In this document: in pieces, positions 1 through 9,326 of the stretch
Position numbering within the stretch: the first letter of the stretch is position 1
Layout of the letters: the number at the start of each line of letters is the position of its first letter
Assembly (NCBI GenBank): GCA_016184305.1
Contig: JACPCX010000127.1
Span: 1-18,095 of the forward strand
Length of the DNA stretch: 18,095 nucleotides
Direction: 5' to 3'
DNA from: Candidatus Rokuibacteriota bacterium
GTDB lineage: Bacteria; Methylomirabilota; Methylomirabilia; Rokubacteriales; CSP1-6
The notes under the pieces: generated by a model
What the model saw: only the letters and a program-made list of their open reading frames with translations
What the model was told of the DNA's origin: nothing
Database searches by the model: none
Program-made: the position numbers and the translations under genes

Positions 1-1334
<1,334 letters not shown>

Positions 1335-1341
1335 ATCTCCC

Positions 1342-2247
1342 CTAGGCGGCGCCGTGCGCCAGGCGGCTCAGGAGCACTTCCACCGTGAGCCGGGGCGACA
1401 CGTGGCCTTGAAGCGCCTGCCAGGCTTCCCGGCAAGCGCGGAGTCCCTTGACGATCTCCGGCAGTGAGAGCGCGGCGCTGCGCTCGGCGAGGAGCGTCGC
1501 CCGGTCGCGGAAGACGGCCAGGGCCGGATCGCCGCCGGCGCGTCCGCAGAGCAGGTCGCGATACCAGAGCCACCACGTCTCCACGGCGGACTCGGCGATG
1601 TCGCGGTCGCGGCCCACCGCTTCGCCGCTCCTGAGGATGGCCTCCCCGCCGCGGGCCCGCGCCTCCTCGAGCCAGCGCAGCGCCCGCTCGCGCTCCTCGC
1701 CGGCGGCGCCAGGGAGCAACGCCAGCCCGCCCTCGGGAACAGCGGGGAGGAAGCGCAACACCTGGCAGCGCGACAGCACCGTGGCCGGCAGCGCGCGGAG
1801 CTGGGTCAGGATCAGCACGATCACCGTGTGCGCCGGCGGCTCCTCGAGCGTCTTGAGAAAGGCCTGGGGCGTCGCCGCCGTCATCCGGTCGGCGTCGTCC
1901 ACGATGAACACCTTCACCGCGGCCTCGGCCGGGCGGAGGGAGGCGAGCCGCTCCAGCTCGCGAATATTCTCGATCCTGAGGGCGAGCGGGCCCTTCGGCT
2001 TGTCCTCGGGCGGCGTCGGCGCGATCAGGTGCACGTCGGGGTGGACGCCGCGCGCCGCGCGCGCGGCGGCGCGACCGCCCGCCGGGGCCACCAGCGCCCC
2101 GGCCAAGGCCAGCGCCGTCGTCTTGCGCCCGGAACCCGCGGGCCCCACGAAGGCGTAGGCGTGGGCCACATGCCCCGTGGCGAGGGCCCGGCGGAGCAGG
2201 TCGACCGCCGCGTCCTGCCCGCGGATCTCCGCGAAGGGGTCGCTCAC
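1342..2247 (-). CDS. holB: DNA polymerase III clamp-loader subunit delta'
   Basis: IRGQ, HAYAFVGPAGSGRKTT (degenerate Walker A), HPD, KVFIVDDADRMT, AFLKTLEEPP, LPATVLSRC. The GTG start overlaps the tmk stop (GTGA). Confidence 0.92.
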   Translation of the reverse strand: MSDPFAEIRGQDAAVDLLRRALATGHVAHAYAFVGPAGSGRKTTALALAGALVAPAGGRAAARAARGVHPDVHLIAPTPPEDKPKGPLALRIENIRELERLASLRPAEAAVKVFIVDDADRMTAATPQAFLKTLEEPPAHTVIVLILTQLRALPATVLSRCQVLRFLPAVPEGGLALLPGAAGEERERALRWLEEARARGGEAILRSGEAVGRDRDIAESAVETWWLWYRDLLCGRAGGDPALAVFRDRATLLAERSAALSLPEIVKGLRACREAWQALQGHVSPRLTVEVLLSRLAHGAA

Positions 2248-2870
2248 CGGTCGAGCCGATCGAGGCGCTCGTCCACGGTGCGCGCGATCTCGGCGGAGAG
2301 CGCGTCCACGGCCTGGTCGGCCCGGAGCACGACCACGCGGTTCTTCTCGGCCCGCGCCATCTCGAGGTAGCCCTCGCGGACCCGCTGGTGAAAGGCCAGG
2401 TCCATCCGCTCGAAGGCGTCAAGCCTCCGGCCACCGATCCTGCGCATGCCAGCCGCGGGCTCGATGTCCAGGACGAACGTGAGATCGGGGAGCAACCCGC
2501 CCGTGGCCAGCGCGTTCAGGTCGCGGATCGTCTGCAGGTCCATGCCGAGCCCGTAGCCCTGGTAGGCGACCGTGGCGTCGGTGTAGCGATCGGAGAGCAC
2601 CACGGCGCCCCGCGCCAGCGCGGGGCGGATGATCTCCGCGACATGCTGCTGGCGGGCCGCCATGAAGAGGAAGGTCTGGGTGAGCGAGGTGGGCGGCGAG
2701 CCCTCAAGCTCGAAGAGGGAGCGGATGGCGATGCCGAGCGGGGTGCCGTCGGGCTCGCTGGTGTGGACGACCTGGCGCTGGCTGCGACGGAAGTGCTCGG
2801 CGAGCCTGACGCACTGGGTCGTCTTTCCCGATCCCTCGACCCCCTCGACCGTGACGAGCACGCCGCGCAT
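2244..2870 (-). CDS. tmk: Thymidylate kinase
   Basis: EGVEGSGKTTQ P-loop, EP, AARQQH, DRYTDATVAYQG, PDLTFVLD, DAFE, FHQRVREGY. Confidence 0.97.
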   Translation of the reverse strand: MRGVLVTVEGVEGSGKTTQCVRLAEHFRRSQRQVVHTSEPDGTPLGIAIRSLFELEGSPPTSLTQTFLFMAARQQHVAEIIRPALARGAVVLSDRYTDATVAYQGYGLGMDLQTIRDLNALATGGLLPDLTFVLDIEPAAGMRRIGGRRLDAFERMDLAFHQRVREGYLEMARAEKNRVVVLRADQAVDALSAEIARTVDERLDRLDR

Positions 2871-2876
2871 GGCCGT

Positions 2877-2885
2877 ACTCTAACA
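2877..2885 (-). promoter_or_regulatory. Putative extended -10 promoter for a leaderless tmk mRNA
   Basis: Minus strand reads TG-T-TAGAGT-ACGGCC-ATG: the -10 hexamer ends 6 nt before the start codon and there is no SD. Confidence 0.55.
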
Positions 2886-2962
2886 CGTGGAAGAATCGGG
2901 AACAGAGACAGGCGAGCGGCGGCGGCGGGCGGAGGGGGCGAAGAGGTCGTCTTCGAGCGGGA

Positions 2963-3190
2963 CTACGCGGGGAATGCTGAGGGGGCCTCAGCCAGGGACG
3001 GCTCGGCGCCCGGTCGGCCGCGCCGCTCGGTGGAGCGGCGTTCCGCCAGCGTGGTGATGGCCCAGCGCTGGCGCCGCTGTCCGCGCCGTCTGTCCACGAT
3101 CACGCCCACGTCCTCGCCCGAGAGGTGCACCGTCAGCTCCTCGTACACCTCGGGCAACCCCTCCGGGACCACGACCAGGAATCGCGCCAT
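2963..3190 (-). CDS. Small hypothetical protein (75 aa) with tandem (D/E/Q)RR / RxxxR motifs
   Basis: MARFLVVVPEGLPEVYEELTVHLSGEDVGVIVDRRRGQRRQRWAITTLAERRSTERRG... Strong SD (GGAGGA) 4 nt before the ATG at 3190, protein-like beta-alpha-beta pattern, fills an otherwise empty interval. Confidence 0.7.
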   Translation of the reverse strand: MARFLVVVPEGLPEVYEELTVHLSGEDVGVIVDRRRGQRRQRWAITTLAERRSTERRGRPGAEPSLAEAPSAFPA

Positions 3191-3238
3191 GTCTTCCTCC
3201 ACTCCCCGCCCTCGCACCATCGCGCGTGGAGTGCTCCC

Positions 3239-3268
3239 AGGATATGACCGCGGTCATACCCAGCGCAA
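3239..3268 (-). promoter_or_regulatory. Putative sigma70-type promoter containing a perfect 16-bp palindrome (operator candidate)
   Basis: TTGCGC (3268-3263), 18 nt, TATCCT (3244-3239). TATGACCGCGGTCATA at 3243-3258 is its own reverse complement. Confidence 0.5.
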
Positions 3269-3500
3269 GGGGTCAGAATTCCCCCGGCCCGCCGGCCGGG
3301 CCTGGCGCGCATAGGGCACATGCATGAGGGTCAGCGGGCCGGGAGACGGGCCGGCGCCCCGGATCCGGGCTCGGCGCCGGGGCTGGACCGTGCGGACAGG
3401 ACAGGCATTCTGCCCGCTTGCCCACCGCCTTTCGGGCGCCCCCTTCCGCGCGCTACGGCAGCGAGACGGAGGGGCATCGGGGCGGGCCGCTCCTCGATCC

Positions 3501-4628
3501 TCAGAGGCCGTGGAGCGGGAAGATCTTCTCCCGGATCGCCTGGACCTGGCGCATGGCGTACTCCTCGGCCCAGCGCCGCGTGTCCACCGGCAGCTCGGCG
3601 GGAGGATCCCACAGGGACATCGTCTCGAGGCCGAGCCGCTTCATGTCCGCGTGCGACTGCGGGGGCAGCTCGGGCGGCAGCGTGATCTCGTTCATCGCCG
3701 CCCAGGCGGCCGTCCACGCCCGGGCCACGTTGGGCAGATCATAGCCCCCCCCGCCGAGCGCGACGACGCGCGGCCCCAGCTCGAGCAGGCTCGTGACCGC
3801 GCGCGTAAACCCCTGGATGGACAGGCTCAGGTGGGTCAGGGGATCGGTCCGGTGGGAGTCGATGCCGAGCTGGAGCACCAGCACGTCGGGCCGGAAGGCG
3901 CGCAGCAGCGGCGGCACCACGGCCTCGAAGGCCGGCTCGTAGATCGCGTCGTCGGTGAAGGGCTGCAGCGGCAGGTTGACGGAACATCCGAGCCCCGCCT
4001 CCTGGCCCATCTCCTCCACGAACCCCGTGCCGGGGAAGAGCCGGTCGCCGCGCTCGTGGGTGGAGATGGTCAGCACGTTCGGATCGTCATAGAAGGCGAA
4101 CTGCACGCCGTCGCCGTGGTGCGCGTCGATGTCCACGTAGGCCACGCGCAGCCCGCGCTGCCGGAGCGTCATGATGGCCAGCACCGCGTCGTTGACGTAG
4201 CAGAAGCCGCTGGCCCGGTCGCGCATCGCGTGGTGAAGCCCGCCCGCGAAGTGAAAGGCGCGGTCGGCCTCGCCCGCGGCCACGAGCGTCGCGGCCAGCA
4301 GCGAGCCTCCCGCCACGAGCTGCGCCGCGTCCCAGAGCCCCGGAAAGATCGGGTTGTCGCCCGGGCCCAGCCCATGGCGCGCGGCATGGGGCACCCAGTC
4401 GCCCGCGCTCACGGCACGGAGGATCTCGATGTACTCGCGCCCGTGGAAGCGCGCGACCGCCTCGATGTCCGCGGGCGCGGGCGAGAGGACCGTGACGCCG
4501 GGCCGGGCCGTGAGGCCGTACCCCTCCATGAGGCGCCAGGTGAGCCCGAGGCGCTCCATGCGCAGCGGGTGCTCGGGGCCGTAGTCGAAGCGGCGCCACT
4601 CGTCGGAGTAGATGACCGCCGTCTTCAT
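3501..4628 (-). CDS. acuC: AcuC / histone-deacetylase-family Zn-dependent deacetylase
   Basis: [69 protein letters not shown]. The start overlaps the moaC stop (ATGA). Confidence 0.92.
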   Translation of the reverse strand: MKTAVIYSDEWRRFDYGPEHPLRMERLGLTWRLMEGYGLTARPGVTVLSPAPADIEAVARFHGREYIEILRAVSAGDWVPHAARHGLGPGDNPIFPGLWDAAQLVAGGSLLAATLVAAGEADRAFHFAGGLHHAMRDRASGFCYVNDAVLAIMTLRQRGLRVAYVDIDAHHGDGVQFAFYDDPNVLTISTHERGDRLFPGTGFVEEMGQEAGLGCSVNLPLQPFTDDAIYEPAFEAVVPPLLRAFRPDVLVLQLGIDSHRTDPLTHLSLSIQGFTRAVTSLLELGPRVVALGGGGYDLPNVARAWTAAWAAMNEITLPPELPPQSHADMKRLGLETMSLWDPPAELPVDTRRWAEEYAMRQVQAIREKIFPLHGL

Positions 4629-5224
4629 TTGGCTCGCTCACGCTCGCCGGATTTCCGTCTCCGCTCGCCTCGGGGCGCTCGTGCCTGCGGCAGCTCGGCC
4701 GCCCCTCGGCTCGCACGACCACTGCCGCGGGTCCAGTGGCCGGACTTGCCGCCCGATTTCTCCACGAGGCAGAGATCGGTGAGGACCACGCCGCGGTCCA
4801 CGGCCTTGACCATGTCGTACACGGTGAGACCGGCCACGGCGGCCGCGGTGAGGGCTTCCATCTCGACCCCGGTCTTGTCCACGGTGCGCACCCGCGCCTC
4901 GACGGTGATGGACGAGCGCTTCGCGTCCAGGGCGAAGCGCAACTCCACTCCGGTGATCCTGAGCGGGTGGCAGAGGGGGATGAGGTCCGGCGTGCGCTTG
5001 GCCGCCATGATCCCGGCCGTGCGCGCCACCCCCAGCACGTCCCCCTTGGCCATCTGCCCGGCGCGGACGGCGGCCAGCGTGGCGGGGCGCATCGTGAGGG
5101 TGATCCGGGCGACAGCCTCGCGGACGGTCTCGGCCTTGGCCGAGACGTCCACCATGCGGGCGTCACCCGCCGGGGTGAGGTGGGAAAGGCCACGAAAACC
5201 TGGCCTCTCCCGGGAGGAGGGCAT
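4625..5224 (-). CDS. moaC: Cyclic pyranopterin monophosphate synthase MoaC with a low-complexity C-terminal extension
   Basis: LSHL...[56 protein letters not shown]. Start moved to the ATG at 5224 to avoid overlap with the DUF465 gene; the start is uncertain. Confidence 0.95.
   Translation of the reverse strand: MPSSRERPGFRGLSHLTPAGDARMVDVSAKAETVREAVARITLTMRPATLAAVRAGQMAKGDVLGVARTAGIMAAKRTPDLIPLCHPLRITGVELRFALDAKRSSITVEARVRTVDKTGVEMEALTAAAVAGLTVYDMVKAVDRGVVLTDLCLVEKSGGKSGHWTRGSGRASRGAAELPQARAPRGERRRKSGERERAK
4631..4714 (-). repeat. Two REP-like hairpins with tandem G.A mismatches, inside the moaC 3' extension
   Basis: Minus strand 4648-4631 is GGC-GA-GC-GTGA-GC-GA-GCC. Minus strand 4714-4663 is GC-GA-GCC-GA-GGGGCG...CGCCCC-GA-GGC-GA-GC. 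4631-4650 matches the reverse complement of 14801-14820 at 19/20 nt. Confidence 0.55.
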
Positions 5225-5249
5225 CGACCGAGGTGCTCGGCGGGTCCCG

Positions 5250-5480
5250 TCAGGCGTGCGCGCCGGCCCGAGCCTGGCGCATGATGGCCTCCATCCTGTC
5301 CTTCGCGATGAGCTTGAGCTTCTTGAGCTCGCTGACTCGCCACTGCTGGTCCGTCGTGAGGAACCCGCGGGTGTTGAGCCCCGCCAGCTCCTCTTCATAT
5401 TTCTTGTGCTCCTCCCGCAGCTTCTGGAACTGGTGGTTCTCGGCGGCCAGACGCTCGATCAGGGGCTCCGAGTCAGCCAT
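5250..5480 (-). CDS. DUF465 / YdcH-family small helical protein (76 aa)
   Basis: [32 protein letters not shown]...[18 protein letters not shown] has the F..L..EH and LKKxKLxxKDxM pattern of DUF465. AAGGAGGT SD upstream of the ATG at 5480. Confidence 0.85.
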   Translation of the reverse strand: MADSEPLIERLAAENHQFQKLREEHKKYEEELAGLNTRGFLTTDQQWRVSELKKLKLIAKDRMEAIMRQARAGAHA

Positions 5481-5535
5481 GCGGGGACCTCCTTGGAACG
5501 GGGTTCGAAACGTCGCGGCGACCTTTCTCACTACG

Positions 5536-5565
5536 CTTATACCCCCGGACATTCCGGGGCGTCAA
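5536..5565 (-). promoter_or_regulatory. Putative sigma70 promoter of the DUF465-moaC-acuC unit, with an inverted repeat in the spacer
   Basis: TTGACG (5565-5560), 18 nt, TATAAG (5541-5536). The spacer holds CCCCGGA-N3-TCCGGGG (5543-5559). Confidence 0.55.
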
Positions 5566-5583
5566 GACTTCGGTGACGCGCTG

Positions 5584-6675
5584 TCACGCCTTGCGCGAGC
5601 GGAGCAGGTGCGGGGCCGTGGCCTTGAATTGCGCCGTCACGTTGACGCCCTCGGCCAGGTGCAATTCCTCGACGGAGCGGCGGGTCACCAGCGCCGCCAG
5701 CAGAAACCCGCAGTCAATGATGACACGCACATGGGGACCGGAGGGGATCAAACGCACCACCCGGCCCGGGAGCCGGTTCCTGGCGCTCGAATGGGCGGCG
5801 GCGGGCGCGCCCGCGGCAAGAGTCACGTCCTCGGGGCGCAGGCAGAGCCGCACCCACTCGCCGGGCTCGGCGGGCTGCGCCACCTCGATGGTCCCCGGGC
5901 CCGCCTCCAGCAGCGACAGCGCTCCGTCCCGCCCGATCACGGGGCAGTGCAGGATCGTCTCCACCCCGACGAAGCGCGCCACCTCCTCGGAGGCCGGGGC
6001 GCGGAAGACCTGGGCCGTCTCGTCCACCTGCAGCAGCCGGCCGTTCATGAGGACGGCCACGCGGTCGCCCAGCGCGAGCGCCTCCCCCCGATCGTGGGTC
6101 ACGAGGACCGTGGTGATCCCCTCGGCGCGGAGGATCGCGCCCAGGTCCTCGATGAGCCCCTCGCGCGTCGGCTGGTCGAGCGCCGCGAACGGCTCGTCCA
6201 GGAGGAGCAACTCGGGTTCCAGCACGAGCGCCCTGGCCAGCGCCACGCGCTGCGCCTCGCCGCCCGAGAGCGTCCTGGCCCGCCGCGCCGCAAGGGCGCC
6301 GATGCCGAAGCGATCGAGCCAGCGCGCCACGCGCGGGCCCAGCGCCGCGGCCTCCGCGGAGCGAAACCGGAGCCCCAGCGCCACGTTGTCCCGGACGCTG
6401 GCGTCGATGAGGAGCGGCTCCTGGAAGACGCTGGCCATCCGGCGTCTCACGGCGAGGCCGTGGCGCGGCGTCGCTGGCTCGCCCCGGAACCGCACCTCGC
6501 CCGCGGTGGGCGCCTCCAGGAGGCCGATCACGCGGAGCAGCGTGGACTTGCCCCCACCGTTGGGGCCGATCACCACCAGGATCTCGCCCGGCGCCACGGC
6601 CAGCGACGGCACCTCCAGCACCGTCCGCGCGCCATGCGCCACCGCCACGCGCGCGCACTCGACCACGGCGCTCAT
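5584..6675 (-). CDS. ABC ATPase with C-terminal TOBE/Mop domain, probably the TupC partner of TupAB
   Basis: GPNGGGKST, VFQEP, LSGGEAQR, LLLDEPF, VTHD; C-terminal SSARNRLPGRV...LAALVTRRSVEELHL..G..V.A.FKA TOBE motif. The TupC assignment is inferred from the otherwise ATPase-less tupAB upstream. Confidence 0.8.
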   Translation of the reverse strand: MSAVVECARVAVAHGARTVLEVPSLAVAPGEILVVIGPNGGGKSTLLRVIGLLEAPTAGEVRFRGEPATPRHGLAVRRRMASVFQEPLLIDASVRDNVALGLRFRSAEAAALGPRVARWLDRFGIGALAARRARTLSGGEAQRVALARALVLEPELLLLDEPFAALDQPTREGLIEDLGAILRAEGITTVLVTHDRGEALALGDRVAVLMNGRLLQVDETAQVFRAPASEEVARFVGVETILHCPVIGRDGALSLLEAGPGTIEVAQPAEPGEWVRLCLRPEDVTLAAGAPAAAHSSARNRLPGRVVRLIPSGPHVRVIIDCGFLLAALVTRRSVEELHLAEGVNVTAQFKATAPHLLRSRKA

Positions 6676-7793
6676 GCGTGGGGGAGCACGTGGATCGAGC
6701 CGCGGTGCATGGAGATCGCCCAGCGGTGCTCCCGGCCGATCTCGAGCATCTCGTGCACGAGACGGGGTACCTCGATCTCCAAATCGTAGGCCTCACGCGC
6801 GTGGGGCGCGGCGCCGTCCACCGCGAAGGAGAGCGCCCACGTGGCGCCCTGGTCCACCTGGCCGACGACACGCCCCTCCATCCGGTTCATGTAGTGGGTG
6901 GAGTCGGGCCCGGGCCGGTCCTTCCTGATGAGACGCACGTACTCGGGCCGGATGAAGAACAGCACGGGCGTCCCCGGGGGCGGGAGCCAGCCGCGCGAGG
7001 GCGAGTTGATGGCCTCCAGCGTGTAGCCGCGCCAGCGAAGCTGGATGATCTCGGGCGTGGCCTTGAGCACCGTGCCGTCCAGGATGTTGCGCACACCCAG
7101 GAGCCGCGCCACCTGGGCGGAGGCCGGGCGCGAGAGCAGCTCGGACTTGGGGGCCGCCTGCACCACGCGCCCGTCATCGTAAATGACGATGCGGTCGGCG
7201 AGCTGGAAGGCCTCGGTGAGGTCGTGGGTGACGAGCACGGTCGGGACGCCCCACTCGCTCACGATCTGCATGAGCTCCTCGCGCAGCAGGCGCCGGAGCG
7301 GCGCGTCCAGGGCCGACAGCGGCTCGTCGAGGAGCAGCAGCCCCGGGTCCACCGCCAGCGCGCGCCCCAGCGCCACCCGCTGCTGCTGGCCGCCGGACAG
7401 CTCCCGCGGCCGGCGGCGCGCCTGCCCCCCAAGACCGAGGCGATCCATCACCTCGGCGACGCGCCGGTGCCGAGCCCCCCGGGCCAGCGCGCGCAGGCCG
7501 TAACCCACGTTGTCCTCCACGCTGAGGTGAGGGAAGAGCGCGTAGCCCTGGAAGACGTAGCCGAGCCGGCGCTCCTGCGGGCGCACGTTGATGCCCGTCG
7601 CGCTGTCGAAGAAGACCCGGCCGGCCACCACGATCCGCCCCTCGTCGGGGCGCACGAGCCCGGCCAGCGACTGGAGCGTGAGCGTCTTGCCGGCGCCCGA
7701 GGGACCGAAGAGCGCCACGACCTTCTCGCCGGCCTCCCAGGTGACATCCAGCGAGAACCCCGGCAGCGCTGTCTTGATCGAGAGGGAGAGCAT
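6672..7793 (-). CDS. modC: Molybdate ABC transporter ATPase
   Basis: FSLDV, LFGPSGAGKT, GYVFQGYALFPHLSV, LSGGQQQRVALGRAL, LLLDEPLSALD, VTHD; directly after modB. Confidence 0.88.
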   Translation of the reverse strand: MLSLSIKTALPGFSLDVTWEAGEKVVALFGPSGAGKTLTLQSLAGLVRPDEGRIVVAGRVFFDSATGINVRPQERRLGYVFQGYALFPHLSVEDNVGYGLRALARGARHRRVAEVMDRLGLGGQARRRPRELSGGQQQRVALGRALAVDPGLLLLDEPLSALDAPLRRLLREELMQIVSEWGVPTVLVTHDLTEAFQLADRIVIYDDGRVVQAAPKSELLSRPASAQVARLLGVRNILDGTVLKATPEIIQLRWRGYTLEAINSPSRGWLPPPGTPVLFFIRPEYVRLIRKDRPGPDSTHYMNRMEGRVVGQVDQGATWALSFAVDGAAPHAREAYDLEIEVPRLVHEMLEIGREHRWAISMHRGSIHVLPHA

Positions 7794-7800
7794 CAGCCGC

Positions 7801-8457
7801 CTAGAAGCGGAGCCGCGCCAGCCGGCCGAGACCCATGAGGAGCACCGTCACGCCCGCCACTGCCAGGAGCGCCAGCGCATTGGCCTCGGCCATGCGGTTC
7901 TGCTGAACGTGGTCGTAGATGGCGAGCGGCAGGGTCTGGGTGAGCCCCGGGATGCTCCCCGCCACCATCAGCGTGATGCCGAAGTCCCCCAGCGCGCGGC
8001 AGAAGGCGAGCACCGTGCCGGCCACCACCGAGCGCCAGGCCAGCGGCAGACTGATGGACCAGAAGATGCCCCACTCCGAGCGCCCGAGCGTGCGCGCGGC
8101 CTGCTCGAGCCTCACGTCCACCGACTCGAACCCGGCCTGCGCGGCCTTGATGAGGAGCGCGATGGAGCCGACGCACGCGGCAAGGACGGCGGCCCGCCAG
8201 GTGAACGCCAGCTCGATGCCGGCGGCGTCGAAGGCGCGGCCCACGGGTCCGCGGCGGGCGATCAGGAGCAGGAGGTAGTAGCCGAGCACCGTTGGCGGCA
8301 GCACCAGGGGCAGCACCACCGCGGCCTCCAGCAGATCGCGCCCGGGGAAGCGCCGGCGCGCCAGCACCCAGGCAAGCGGCAGCCCGATGGCGAGCGTGAG
8401 CAGGGTGGCCAGTCCCGCGACCCGGAGGGACAGCCAGACGGGGAAGAGGTCGGGCAC
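7801..8457 (-). CDS. modB: Molybdate ABC transporter permease
   Basis: LSLRVA, LPLVLPPTVLGYYLL, LEQAARTLG (EAA loop), FCRALGDFGITLMVAGSIPG.TQTLPLAIY. Confidence 0.94.
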   Translation of the reverse strand: MPDLFPVWLSLRVAGLATLLTLAIGLPLAWVLARRRFPGRDLLEAAVVLPLVLPPTVLGYYLLLLIARRGPVGRAFDAAGIELAFTWRAAVLAACVGSIALLIKAAQAGFESVDVRLEQAARTLGRSEWGIFWSISLPLAWRSVVAGTVLAFCRALGDFGITLMVAGSIPGLTQTLPLAIYDHVQQNRMAEANALALLAVAGVTVLLMGLGRLARLRF

Positions 8458-8460
8458 GGC

Positions 8461-9237
8461 TCAGAACTCTCCCGGAACGAGAAAGCCGTAGCGCTTCATG
8501 ATCGGCCGCCCCTCCGCCCCCTGGACGAGCTGGAGGAAGGCGAGTCCCAGCTCCGGCCGGCCGCTGCGCCTCACCACCGCCGCCATCTGGTCGAGCGGCC
8601 CGTGCAGTCGCGGGTCAATGAGGACCACGTCCACCTCGGGGACGGAGGCGATGGAGAGCGCCACGATGGCCGCCTCCACGGCGCCCGCCTGGAGGAACTG
8701 GAGCGTGTGGCGGATGTTCTCGCCGTACACGAGCCGAGGCCGGAGCCGCTCCCAGAGCCCGAGCGCCTGGAGCGCCTCCTTCGCCGCGCGCCCGTAGGGA
8801 GCGTGATCCGGATTGGCGATGGCGAGACGGCGCACCTCGGGACGGAGAAGGTCGCCCAGCTCCCGGAGCGCCACCCCCACCCTCTTCGAAACGGCCAGGA
8901 CGATGCGTCCCTGGGCGTACAGCGACTGTGTCTCGGGGATGATCGCGCCGGCCCGGGCGAGATCGTCCACCAGCGCGCGGTCGGCGGAGAAGAAGACATC
9001 GGCGGGCGCCCCGTGCTCGATCTGGCGCGCCAGCAGCCCGCTCGACCCGAGCACGAGGGTCACCCGCACTCCGCTCCGCCGCTCGAAGAGCGGCACCATA
9101 TCCTTGAAGGCGAAGGCGAGGTCGGCGGCCGCGAACACGGTGATCGCTGGCCTGGCCGGCTGCGCCGCCGCCGGGCCCGGGAGCGAGGGCATGGCCCATA
9201 GCACGGCCGCGGCGGCGAGCGTCCAGAATCGCCACAT
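8461..9237 (-). CDS. modA: Molybdate-binding periplasmic protein
   Basis: Signal peptide MWRFWTLAAAAVLWA...AAAQ from the ATG at 9237; VFAAADL, GSSGLLARQIEHGAPADVFFSA, IANPDHAPYGRAA, VYGENI. The extra upstream part of the 8461..10011 track ORF is an off-frame shadow of tupB. Confidence 0.93.
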   Translation of the reverse strand: MWRFWTLAAAAVLWAMPSLPGPAAAQPARPAITVFAAADLAFAFKDMVPLFERRSGVRVTLVLGSSGLLARQIEHGAPADVFFSADRALVDDLARAGAIIPETQSLYAQGRIVLAVSKRVGVALRELGDLLRPEVRRLAIANPDHAPYGRAAKEALQALGLWERLRPRLVYGENIRHTLQFLQAGAVEAAIVALSIASVPEVDVVLIDPRLHGPLDQMAAVVRRSGRPELGLAFLQLVQGAEGRPIMKRYGFLVPGEF

Positions 9238-9247
9238 GGTGGTCTCG

Positions 9248-9276
9248 ATTGTGCGAGGCGGCACCGGCCGCGTCAA
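9248..9276 (-). promoter_or_regulatory. Putative internal sigma70 promoter for modA
   Basis: TTGACG (9276-9271), 17 nt, CACAAT (9253-9248); it ends 10 nt before the modA ATG and no SD follows. Confidence 0.55.
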
Positions 9277-9326
9277 CCGCCATGCCGGCACCTTGGGCCA
9301 GGCCATGGTCCCGGGGCTCTCCCATC

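Noticed and set aside
3438..3475. Imperfect hairpin downstream of acuC as an intrinsic terminator
   Set aside because: The stem is bulged and has no U-tract on either strand; such stems arise readily at this GC content.
5495..5515. GGGTTCGAAAC, resembling a tRNA T-loop or attachment-site remnant
   Set aside because: No cloverleaf, no matching T-stem and acceptor arm, and no integrase nearby.
3324..5576. 750-aa plus-strand ORF, and similar long ORFs at 5233-6789, 7588-9201, 12045-14357 (+) and 14653-16812 (-)
   Set aside because: They are antisense shadows of well-supported genes in very GC-rich DNA, with Arg/Ala/Pro-rich translations and no recognisable motifs.
9115..9140. ModA AAADL instead of AAASL as a sign of altered anion specificity
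   Set aside because: Asp or Asn at this position is a common ModA variant as far as I recall, and the other binding motifs are normal.
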